NCBI RefSeq assembly: GCF_032062105.1
Contig: NW_026940900.1
Span: forward strand, 1-64,000
Source of the DNA: Saccostrea cucullata
Taxonomy: Eukaryota
Length of the DNA: 64,000 bases
Direction of reading: 5' to 3'
Below the pieces are notes generated by a model, which searched no databases, had not been told where the DNA came from, and saw only the letters and a list, made by a program, of their open reading frames with translations. The translations under genes were made by a program, and so were the position numbers. Of this stretch, positions 25,177 through 37,188 are shown one piece after another. Each line of letters starts with the position of its first letter. Position 1 is the stretch's first letter.

Positions 25177-28100
25177 TCATGCATTAATTCTATTGCTACA
25201 ATATACATGCTCAAACTTCAACATAAATTTTAAATCCGTTTCAGTAATATGCCAGAGAGTATCCTTCCTTTTTTCGCTAAAGAAAACAAAGTAAGCACTG
25301 GATGCTGTCTGAAGAACATCCGTGTTGTCAAATTTCTCTCCAATACCAATAGATATCACAGTTACATTTTCATTTGTCAATTTTCTTGTTTCTTTAATAG
25401 ATTCTGTTGTGTTTTTGTCATATCCTGTAAACGTATGAATAATGTACTTCCGAGAATTTTTCCTACCTCCATTTTTTAACGACAGAGCTTCCGATGAAAT
25501 GAAACGGAGGCCCTTTGCAACATCAGGGGTAGAATTCATTTGTTTAGAGTCTTGTTCTGATTTCAAGAAAACTCCAGCAAAATTGTTTATATCTTGAGAA
25601 TGGTTCAGTCTTGTCACGAGAAATGGTTCTGAGGAAATATGGACAGCACCGATTTGTAAGTCATTTTCACCTAAGACAAAGTTTTGTTGAAGTTTTTGTA
25701 AAATGGTTTTGAATATTGATAAACTAGAGGTAAAAGTATTTTTATGCTGTACCGATGATGTATCAAGAGCCAAAATGAGATCAAATGACCTTTGTTCTTT
25801 GCATGCTGTAAGAGAAAAAATAATTCAAAGTATTATATTTAGAATCCCGGCGTATAAAAATGTCTTGAATATGTCTCAGAATATCAATATTTTCGGAATT
25901 TTTTTATGTGAAGTTGAAATGTTTTAATGTTTTAAGTCATTAAAATTTTCAATTAAAAACATTTGCATGTCGTTTTTTAATTTAATAAAAAAAAGGTGGT
26001 GAAAAAATATGACGTACCAGAACACTTTGCGTTTACCAATTTCGAAAAAATATGATGCAGTGCGTCCATGTTTACATGACTAAAAACATTTTTGCCATCG
26101 CCATCAGAAGATAACCTGCGTAGACCTTCATGACGTATATCTTCACCAACTTCAACAAGAATGACGTCATTCATTGGCATAGTGGATTGCATCTGGTAAC
26201 GCAATGACGTCATAGCACTGACAGCTAATTGTAAGTTACTGGGCATTCCATCAGTGAGAAATAAGACAAACTGCGAAGTGTATTGTTTCCTCGACAAAAT
26301 TTGCTTCAATGTTTGACAAGCTTTAAAAATATCGGTTGTTCCATTTATAGAAGAAATGTTTGATACCTGGTCGAGTAATGCAACGCTTTTGTTATATGCG
26401 CCAAAAGGGATATCAATTAGTGCATCAGATCCATAAGATACCAGTGCTATGTCAAATTTCTCTTCAGAAACTGTTATTCTTTTTATGACTTCGGAAACAA
26501 AATGCACTTGTTCTTTCAAGATTGACTCCGTGGTGCTAAGGGAAGAATCCATTGCAAAAACTATCTGCGCATGGATTGTTTTGCATAAATCTATAAATAT
26601 AAAATTATAACAGTACTAATAAAACTACAATTTTTTTATGATTCTTGTCAATTATAAAGACACAATGCATCGAAAATTAAAACGGAAATTTCCAGAAATT
26701 TAAAAAATTTCTGTAATACTCTATGTACCAATTTCACACAGGGGTCCACCCCAGTCATTGATGCATTCACACAAGAAAGATCCTGACACATCTACACATG
26801 ATCCATTGTTCGTGCAAGGATTAGACAAGCATTCGTCCACATCTACAGCAACAAACCAACAGTGAGAGAAAATCATCGATGAAACGTATAGCATAAGGGG
26901 AAAAAATGAACTTACTAATCTCACAAAATACACCAGTGAAACCAGAGTCACAAATGCACTTAAATCCACCATCAAAATCATTGCAGGAACCATTAATGCA
27001 TGGTCCGGGGTAAGGTCTGCATTCATTTACATCTATGAAAATATAAATTTATTATTTTTAAATATTTTATGCGGTTTAGCAAATACATAATTGAATGTTT
27101 TCCCGTGCAATATATACCTTTTTCACAAGTATAGCCTGTCCAGCTTGATGTACAATTACAATAAAATGATCCATTTGTATTTGTACAGTTTCCACCATTC
27201 TTGCAGGGTTTCAATTCACACTCATCAATATCTTCAAATTATATAAATAAAACAAATCGTTGAGTATTAACTACTTTTAATTCAATGACGAACTATGCAT
27301 TTGAAAATCTGTACTAGTAGTTAGTCAGTGCTAAACTGAAATCTCAAAAACTACTGTAAAATATAGACTTGTTGAAAAGTCCAAAACAGAATATAAACAA
27401 AAATATAATTGTAATCGGTAGACAAAACTCACCTCCATCACATTTTGTGCCTTGATATCCACGTGAACAGTGGCAGTTATACCCACCACACGTGTTTTAC
27501 AGGTTCCTCCATGTTTACATATACCGGATGTTGTTACACATTCGTTGATATCTACAAAATATCTTATGAATTAAAACAGTATGTGAGAAACATTCTAAAT
27601 GTTAAAAACTACCAATCTTATAGCACTTCAGATTCTGTACCTTCCTCGCAATGAGTTCCAGTGAAAAATGGGTTACACTGACAATGGGATGATCCTTGTG
27701 TGTTGATACATGTACCGCCGTTGACACAACCATACTGGAGGCATTCATCAATATCTTATTGGAATAAATTAAAATTGTATTAAAAATCTTTTTGATCAAC
27801 TTGAAAATAATATTTGTTTACCCTATCCCGTCTCTGCATAAGATAAAGGGGGCGGTCGGTAGATAGGATTTTCTTTCCAAAACAATGTCAACATCAAAGC
27901 TGAATTTTCAAAAGGTATTTTCCAAAATGCATAACATACAATTAATTCCTTGCCAATTCCGGGGTTAAAATTTACTAGGGCTCGAGTAATTTTAAATCAG
28001 ATAATCTGGTGTCGGCAAATTAAATAACTTTTTTAAAAAGATAGCCTTACTTTTTTATGAAGGTAACCAGGTTTTAATCAGATTTGGACCAGACCAAATA

Positions 28101-31100
28101 GGAAAAAAGATCTAACCATTCTGACACCTGTCTCCAGTCCAACCCTTAGGACAAATACATGCATAGCTTCCAACAGTGTTAATACAGCTCCCATTATTTT
28201 CACAAGGATATCCTAGACACTCGTCAATATCTTTAAAAAGATTTAGCAAACTACTGGCAAATTATTGAAAACCTAATTTTTCTTAACTCAGAAATGTAAT
28301 GTAAAATATTTTAATGGAGTTATCAAAGTATTTAAAGCAAACAAAATAAAGAATGAGTGGATGCATGTGTGGAACTTTTACACAATTTGATAAGTATTTT
28401 CTAGTATACTACTGTTTTACCTGTATCGCAGACAGAACCAGAATATCCTTTTGGACAAACGCACTGGAAATGTCCGACCATATTAATGCACACTCCGCCA
28501 TTAGAACATGGATTGCTATTACACTCATCGTAGTCTAAAACGTAAATATAATCTCATTTGTTTCTTAAATGAAGGTAAAACATACAGCTTTCAATATCCA
28601 AAATGATAAATTTTATGGATCACCTCTATTACAGATTGTGCCTCCTACACCAGAAAAACAACTGCAATTAAAAGAACCAATGGTGTTTGTACACAACCCT
28701 TTCAACCCACAGACTTCCCAAGAACACTCGTCAATGTCTAAAAAAAATTGCGAATAAGGTTTTTCAAAATTGTATCTCATTGAACACTAAATTCTCAGTT
28801 GTTCAAAGGTTTTCCAAAGAAAGACATATTTACCATCTTCGCATAATTTTCCAGTCCACCCCTTAGAGCACATACATTTAAAATCTTCAGGTAAGGAGAC
28901 GCATGATCCGTTGTTCATGCAAGGACTCGAAGTACATTTGTCAATTTCTTTCAAGGAAGTTAAAAAACAAAAAGCGAACGCAGTTAATAGGTCAAGAAAC
29001 TATTACTGAAGAAGGGGAGAGATGATCATATTTTGATTAATTTTAAGGACAAACGACACAAACCAAAAATGGATGTCTGGATGGTATATATTTTTGGGTA
29101 TACATGTAATTTTGTTGCAAATATTGCAAATGATAAGTTTCTTAAATATAAAAAAAGTTGTAAACCTTCCATGTTGTTCAAATTCTACCTTTCTGCAAAC
29201 ATCCTTATCAATCTGTACAAAAATATTTCACTTTAAATCCAATTTTCGAGAAATTATGAAAGAAAAATTTAAAACCATGATGTGAAATTTGTTCATTTTA
29301 CTCATTAAAACATGTTTTAAGTTGTTATTTTCATATTTCTTGATAAAAGTTTGTTTGTATCATCCGTCCTTAAGTAAAATGATTACCACTAGCTCTTACC
29401 TTAAACATAAAATAAAAAAGACCTGCATCCATTATTTCCATTCCATGATATTTAAAAAATAAACATTCTACTTGTATACCATTCCAGAATTGTTGAAATG
29501 AAAAATAAACAAAAAACCAGTTTTACCTTCTGAACAAAATTTTCCTGAATATCCTTCAGAACACTGGCATTCAAAGCTTCCGTGATTATTAATACAGGTA
29601 CCATTATTTCGACAAGGATTTTCTTCGCATTCGTTGATATCTATATCAAAACGTTCAAGTATAATAACTTTATAATCTTTTTTTTAGTATGAAAATGTAA
29701 GATTAATGTTCGGAAATTTTCGGTTATATACCTCTGTCACACTGTATTCCATCAAAACCAAATTTGCATAAGCAGACAAAACTGTTATTAACTGCACGAC
29801 ATATCCCGTTGTTAATACAAGGACTCGAATCACAGGAATTCGTCCCTAATTAAACAAAAATATCTACATGCATTTTAAAATATTTTAATACGGACGTAAT
29901 GAGCCATTTAATTGACAGGATAAAAATTATCTTATGTCGTGTAATTTAAGTTACCTTTAACAGGTCACAAAGTTTGAAGTTAAGTTTTATATAATTTGAA
30001 ATCATTTTAAAAACAAGTCATATAATTTTCTTAGACAAAAGGAAAGGAAAATTAAGATATAACATGAATTTAATAACAGCTCAATTTATACGGTATAAAC
30101 TGGATTTGAACAGTTTGCTCCCTTTTAGTTTGCTTTGCAGATTATAAGGCTTAAACTGCCCCGACCCAATCAGCCAGTATCTATGAATTTGGTTATATAT
30201 GAAATTCATTCCCTTAATATTATGATACAAAAGGTGTTAATTTTCAACCCTGATATGCCCATTGAACTAGATTATTGTTATAATGAAACTGGCTAATTAT
30301 GACATTTTAGTTAACATCTTTTTTTTCTAATTTGATTCGAACTTACCAAATTGACAAAATTCCCCTTTGTGTGTACTGGGACACACACAGTTAAATGATC
30401 CTTCCTGGTTCGTGCAGGTTGCATTATTCAAACAAGGAGAAAAATCTGTACATTCATCTATGTCTGAAGATAAAAACATCGAAACAAACTTAGGAAAAGA
30501 AAAAGAAAATGTCTAGAAGGAATACTAAGTACTTCAATGAATAAAAATAAGTTTCCTAAAACTAAAAAAAATCAAAATGGCGTTAATATTGGACCACAAA
30601 TACACACCTTCATCACAATGCGCCCCAGTGTATCCCAGATGACTTGCGCAAATGCATTGATATCCACCAATAGCGGTTTGACATAATCCGCCATTTTTAC
30701 AAGGAGAGGAGCTGCATTCGTCCAAATCTAAACAAATTTGATATCTCCTTTTATCAAAATATTTCAATTTTTTTCTTATTCTCTATTATATCATCAGAAA
30801 AATATTTTTGGAGTCTTAACCACTTTCACACGATGGGCCAACATATCCTGTTCTACATTGACAATCGTAGCTGCCAGGCGTGTTGAAGCATGTTCCGTTG
30901 TTATCACACGGACTCCCAATGCATTCATCCACATCTAAAAAAAATCAGATTCTTCATCAAAATTGATTATTTCAGATTCAGTAACTCTGATTAAAAAAGA
31001 TGAAGGTATGATTTTAGCTTTATTGTGCCCTAAAAATATAATGTCATCAAAAAGTTTTGAAACTGGCTTAAATATTAGATAAATATATGACTATCAGGGA

Positions 31101-34100
31101 AAAAATATAGCTTGAAGAATTACAATTCTGCAAATATGAAGCATTTTTTTTATTTTTAAACAGAAAAAAACTTCAAAATGACACATTTCAAGGGTAATTT
31201 TCCTTTAGAAAATAGTGTCCACAGCCGTCGCCCACTTTAATTTTTTGATATGTCGTGCAAAAGTCAATAAAAAATCAGATATCTCAAAATCTTTGTGGGC
31301 GATGCCTGTGGACAATATTATCTGAAAGAAAATTCCATTGAATATTGGTGTCTACTGCAACTTTTTAGGAAAATACGGGAAAATGTGCATCTTTATGATA
31401 TCACAATTAGCATTTAAAAATACGTGTGAAAAAAATGATTTGTATGATTTTTCTGCATGGAATTTCAATGATTCAGAAAGCATCAGTTTTCGTCTTTTAC
31501 ACCAGTTTCATTTTTTAGAAAATCACAGGGCAAGATTTGTATGGAAACCATACCTTGTTCTTTTTTTCTTATTGTATATATCTACATCTGATTACGGAGT
31601 TATATATAAAATTCAAATATGTGGAGGCAGAAATGTGAATACAATACTGGTTTTGTTGCAAATGGCAAATATTTGGCAACTGTTGTTATATTTAGTAAGA
31701 AATCGTTCAAAAGTATTTAGTCCTCTTATCATATTTTTTCAAGTACGAGAACCTATGTGGTAGTGGCAAAAAGTACTCACCTTTTTCACAAGCAGCTCCA
31801 AACCATCCATTAGAACAGTTACAAGAGAAAGACCCCTGTGAGTTTATACATGTTCCTCCATCACAGCAAACGGACGGGTCTCTTACACATTCGTCAGTGT
31901 CTAAAACGTGAACAAATTATATTCATTGACAACTATGGAAACTTAATTTTAAAAAAAACATTAATGTCTGTACTTGTCCCAAGCAAACTGTAATCGAGGT
32001 TGACAATATTTTTCAAAGGGTGACAATTTTCAATGTTTCTAAATTTCCCCATTCAAAGAAATGATTTTGTTTCAAATAAATGTTTATCGACCGATCAGAT
32101 TTCATTTATTAACATGAAAGTATAATATATCAAAATAATGAAGTGAAAAAGAAATAAAAAAAATAATGGTAAAATACCTTGAGCACAATTTGGAGGCTCC
32201 CAGCCAATATTGCATTTGCATGTAAAAGATCCCGGGGTATTTGTACAGTTTCCATTATGGCATGGAAATGGAGACTTATCGCATTCATTGATATCTAGAC
32301 AAAAGAGCAATTCATGCATTTTTTGATGAATTTATCACAACAAAAATTGCGCTAAAATAGGACTGTAACACGTTTTCGTGTATTTGCACTCTTTGGCGGA
32401 AAAAGATAACGCGAGTTCTGAAGTTGAAAATAAACATACTAGATGCTGGCCAGTAGGGTGACCAATGATTGAAAAAATATTCATTAGAATGCAGTTGTTT
32501 ACTTGTTTATCGGAAGATGTATTTGGTCAGGAGGAAGAAAAAAAATCGGGGGTGATCAGAGTTCAGGTGTTTGAATAAATTATCGACAGAAAAAAATATT
32601 TCAAGATTATGCAAAAGATTGGTAATTATTTTAAAAGTGCATTAGAAAATTTAAAAGTACTGAAGGTCAGAATAAAAGTAATTACAAATTCAAATTCAGA
32701 TGAAAAATAATTATTGCAATTTTAAAAGAAATACTAAATTATGCAGGGCACGCACAGGGGTATAAATGTAACTCAGTGAGAATAATTCGGCAGTGGAACG
32801 CTGGATTTTGTCTCTTTCTGGTTGCATTTATACAGGTAAGATTATTTTGTAGACTTGCGCGCGTTTTGGTAAAAATTATTAAATTTTCACATGGCTAATT
32901 TTATTTACAGGTTAAATGTTTTATATCATAAGTATATATATATTTATATTTATAATAATGTTTATTATTATATGATTGAATAATTTCCATCTCTCTGATT
33001 GGCTGAGATCCAACTATGTTAGAAAAATACTACGTTGTATTGACCTGCACGTAACGTTCCGGGTGAATACAAGGATTTATTTCCAGTACATTGATCTAAA
33101 AATAGATCGGGAAATTCCAAATTGATACAAATTGTTTTGGAAAGCTATTTAAAGGACTATGACTTTTTTTCATATGAACAAAACATAATCAAATAATATA
33201 TTTTCGGGTGAGTGTGGTAAGAGGGGATGCAGGAAACCCCCTCCAACACTTTTATGAACAACAATTTTTACTTTTTGGCAGTCAGTTTTCCCTGATAACT
33301 CCTTCCTTTCAAAATTTATCCTATAAATAACTTACATTATATTTCTTTTCATAGCAACTAAAATTGATAAAAAAAAACCCCTTCAGATTGATACGACTAG
33401 TAAGGTTTAATTACATTCTAATTCTGCTTCTCTCTTGTATTTGACTAGGACTTAATTAAATGCATACAAGTAATGAGCTGTATCATTTTATAGTGAATCA
33501 TATAATAAAACAATTATGCCAATTTTTAGCATCTTTAAAGCAAATTCACCTCGCCCTTCGGGCTCAAATACTACAGATGGCTAAATCATTGTTTGTTCAA
33601 ACTATAATATCTTGTGTAAAATTATTTATTGGAATTATAGATATTAAAATGGATTGTTTAATTTAATAAAGAGTGGAACGCTGGATTTTGTCTCTTTCTG
33701 GTTGCATTTATACAGGTTGGGTAACATCGCCACTCCCCATAATCTGTAATGCCCTGGACATACAGAAAAAGAATAAATAAATCCGAGGCAGATAAGATGC
33801 AAACTGGTACATTGAAAACCGGATGAACTTTGTCTTGTCAGGACCAGGGAATTGAAGGAAGGTTTTTCCCTGGCCCTTAAAACCTCTCACATGCGGAAAA
33901 GCGAACGATCCCGGAGTTTACAATCAGATCCAGTAACCAGATAAAATAATATAAAAACCCAAAACAAGTTCCAAAATATCCCAAACAACAACTTTCATAT
34001 TTCCGAAAAATGAACATTTTTTATTATATGAAAAATTTATGTTTCGCAAAATAATTCAATCTGTTTTACATTTGAAATAATTCCTAGAGATATTTACAAT

Positions 34101-35737
34101 GATTGAAAAAATATTCATCTAACTTTTAAAATGTGATTGAGAAAAAATTAGTATTGATAATACTAATAATATAGCCTGCTTTAGAAGAAGTATTTCTTTG
34201 AATGATTTATCATATGAATCAACTATGTTCTTTTTGCTAAATCATGTTTAGTTGCAGACAAGTCGAAAACCATCAAACATTTTATTGTTCATGTATATTA
34301 ATTTTATTTTAACTTTACTGTAGTACTGCAACAAGAGTCGATCTGACTATATGCCATGTATATACAACTGTATAGTTTTCACTCCATATTACCATACCAA
34401 GGTCACATTGCTTTGAAGTCCATCCGCTATTGCATACACAATGATAAGAACCAGGGGTATTCACGCACGTGCCTTGATTATCGCACGGACCGCTCATGCA
34501 TTCGTTAATATCTGTGAATTAAGATTGATAATTCAGTATCTTATAGACACTATCAAACCTTAAAATACTTAATTAAGATCACAATCATGGATACTGGTAC
34601 AAAACAGAACTTGCACGTATAATTTCTGTTGTCTCTATATGTCTTTATTATATATGTAGCTTCCATAAGCCTTTTGCTCTCTTTCAATAAAGAATAAATA
34701 ATTTCCCTCGTTCTCCACTAGATCTCCTGTTTCAATGTCGTAACAAAAAAAAATTTCTCAAATCTCTTGAGGTTGGATCTTTTTCTCAAATCTCTTGAAG
34801 ATGGATCTTTTTTCAGCTGTATTTATCATTTTAGTAGGTGTACCTTCCATGGGTTATTTTCTTTTTTGCCGTTTTCTTAGAAAATTTTCATCATTTATTG
34901 ATAGCAAATTCATCATTTTGATTAAAATGAAACAAATATGAATCAAAAAAATCCAATCAGAGAGTAACAGAGATAAAAAAAAACCTTTCAAACTGAATAT
35001 TCAATTTTTTTTGGTCATGTTTGACATTATAAGTTTACATAGTGAGTTTTTATGGCAGATGCACAATTCTAAAAATTTAAAGACATAAACGTTATATTAC
35101 CTTCTTCACACGTGCTTCCTTTAAATCCAGGTGGACATGTACAGGTAAATCCAGTGAGGTTCTCATGACATGTCCCTCCATTTTTACATCTTGTCTCATC
35201 ACATTTGTATCGATCTGGAATTTGAAATTGAATATATTTGAACCATTAATATACATGTTGATTAATTGTGTTTTCCCCAAAAAAAGAGAGACAGCTGCAG
35301 AGATATCAAAAATATCTTCCATGGCACCTGATCCCGTCTCTGATATTTTAGAGCTAGGTCAATGTTTGCTCTGCTCCTATTCTATAATGATTCATGGATT
35401 TTTGAGCTTGAACACTGTTTGTTATCACCGCATATTAAAAGTTTAAAAGTCTCTTATTATTGAAGAGAAAATATTGAATCTTTTGTAGGATATGATACTT
35501 ACCTGTGCAGTGCTTGATGTAGTCGGCACAGCAATCTTTTATTCTAAGACACTCTTCGTCACAGTAACAATGACCCTGGTCAGGACGATAGAGGTAAGGT
35601 CCTCGAGCGTTACATCCACTGTTCAAACCAGGGCAACAAAATCCAGCTTCTGCACAATTTGTTGCACTTCTCACCCAATGGACTTCACCAAAGAATATGA
35701 ATAGTATGCCAAAGAGTAAGATATTCAATCTTGGCAT
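25177..35737 (-). CDS. Gene B: signal peptide - SMB - 18 EGF - vWA - vWA, 21 exons: 35737-35503, 35214-35101, 34511-34398, 32294-32178, 31900-31781, 30934-30821, 30727-30608, 30463-30347, 29845-29732, 29640-29527, 28947-28834, 28737-28624, 28534-28421, 28230-28117, 27754-27641, 27551-27433, 27231-27118, 27032-26916, 26842-26729, 26590-26018, 25805-25177
   Basis: Signal peptide [21 protein letters not shown]; [11 protein letters not shown]...[17 protein letters not shown]. Phase-1 EGF exons of 114-120 nt; vWA with DSSLS and LTDGMP; ends CSNRINA*. Exon 27551-27433 is 119 nt (-1 frameshift). Confidence 0.9.
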
Positions 35738-35970
35738 GCTTGAACCAAATGTAGTCTTTCGATGCCAAAGCCTGAAACTTCCTAGTTTATGAGAGCTACT
35801 ATGTCAAGTCGAGTTTTCAAGTAGTTCTGTTCCTTTATTTTCCTCGAACGGAAATTCACTGTTTGCTGATAATTTTTTTAAAACTAGGTAAATCAGTTCT
35901 TTTTGCTGACCCTTTAAAACATTTAAACATAAATATCCAAGATGTATTGAAACGTTGTTAAGCTTTTGGG

Positions 35971-36160
35971 ATATCAATATGCAAGGACAAATTGTTTTGT
36001 GGATATTATTTGAAATTTGATTTTAGCTTTTCTGAAAGCTATAAAAACACGTAGTTGTGTTGTAGTGGATATTTTTTGAAATTTGATTTTAGCTTTTCTG
36101 AAAGCTATAAAACACGTAGTTGTGTTGCAGTGGACACAACAGCTTGCTCTTGACAAGCAT
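35971..36160 (+). pseudogene. Relic first exon (signal peptide plus SMB start) of a further paralog, with a ~67-bp tandem duplication
   Basis: GGACAAATTGTTTTGTGGATATTATT...TGATTTTAGCTTTTCTGAAAG...TGTTGCAGTGGACACAACAG aligns by eye with gene C exon 1 GGACAGGTGATTTTTTGGATAGTATT...TGATTTTGGCTTCTGTGGAAAG...TGTTGTACTGGACACAACAG. Confidence 0.6.
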
Positions 36161-36271
36161 GGTCACAATTATAACAACATTAGCTTGTTGGCTCCGTGAG
36201 AGGCAAGACAAATTTTGTACATATGAAACTTTCGTTTACACAGGTCATAAAAAAACCCTTGCTATTATTAG

Positions 36272-36482
36272 CACTTTATACAGGGTTATTTTCGCCCCGT
36301 TAAATTTTCGCCCTTTCACACTTGCAAACAATTTAGCCCCGTCTTAAATTCGCCCATTCATAGTTTTATTACAGAAATTATATGTATTAATTCATTTCGC
36401 CTCCGTTTTAAAATCGCCCAAATGAGGATATGGCGAAAAGGGCAAAAATAAAACGGGAGCGAAAGTTTCCCTGTATACAGTA
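36272..36482. mobile_element. Small MITE
   Basis: Terminal inverted repeats ACTTTATACAGGG / CCCTGTATACAGT, with internal TTCGCCC / GGCGAA repeats. Confidence 0.65.
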
Positions 36483-37188
36483 ATTCTTACCTCTTTTGAA
36501 TGTTCAATATCTATATAGATGATACTGTTTATTTACAACAGCAACAACATGATGATGGTAGTCTTCTGTTAAGTAAAAAAGGAGAAAAAATACATGACTT
36601 TTGTTAAAGTTTTATATGTCTGGTGCAATGCTTGGTACAATCGACACCGCAGTCTCCCCGTCACATTGAGCGGAGTCGAAGCTACGCTGAGACATGCGTT
36701 ACATTCGATATTTAAATAAACTATAGTAGTATATCCAGAAACTGCAAGCTTTGTGGCATCTTTCGCCCAATGAACAACAAAATATGAATAATGATCTAAA
36801 GATTAAAGCATTTCATCTTGACACTCTTATATCAAATCCTATCAATGTCAAAGCTGGAGCAGTATTTGATCAAACACTTCTTAATTAACGATAACAACAT
36901 TGCTACTTTCGTTACCTTTGTTTCCTTTTTTAATGTTAAATTTCTATTTGTGGATTTCAATCGTAATAAGTTAATTGTTCTCACGTATAGTGAAAGTGTG
37001 CAGTGTAAATTATGAGATCCATAAACATACTCGGTAAAACAAATATTCTTGGCAACGTGCACTTAATGTTTGCTGATAATTTATAAGACCAGGTAAAGCA
37101 AATAGCCGACTCTTTAAAGAAGTAAAGAAAAAAAAAAGATTTAAGATAACCGGGAAGTATAGAACATTTTAATAAACATCTAAAAGAT

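Noticed and set aside
31208-31320. Inverted repeat GTCCACAGCCGTCGCCCAC / GTGGGCGATGCCTGTGGAC and ORF 31338-31763
   Set aside because: Probably internal to an unclassified intronic TE. The ORF has no recognisable features and the element ends could not be defined.
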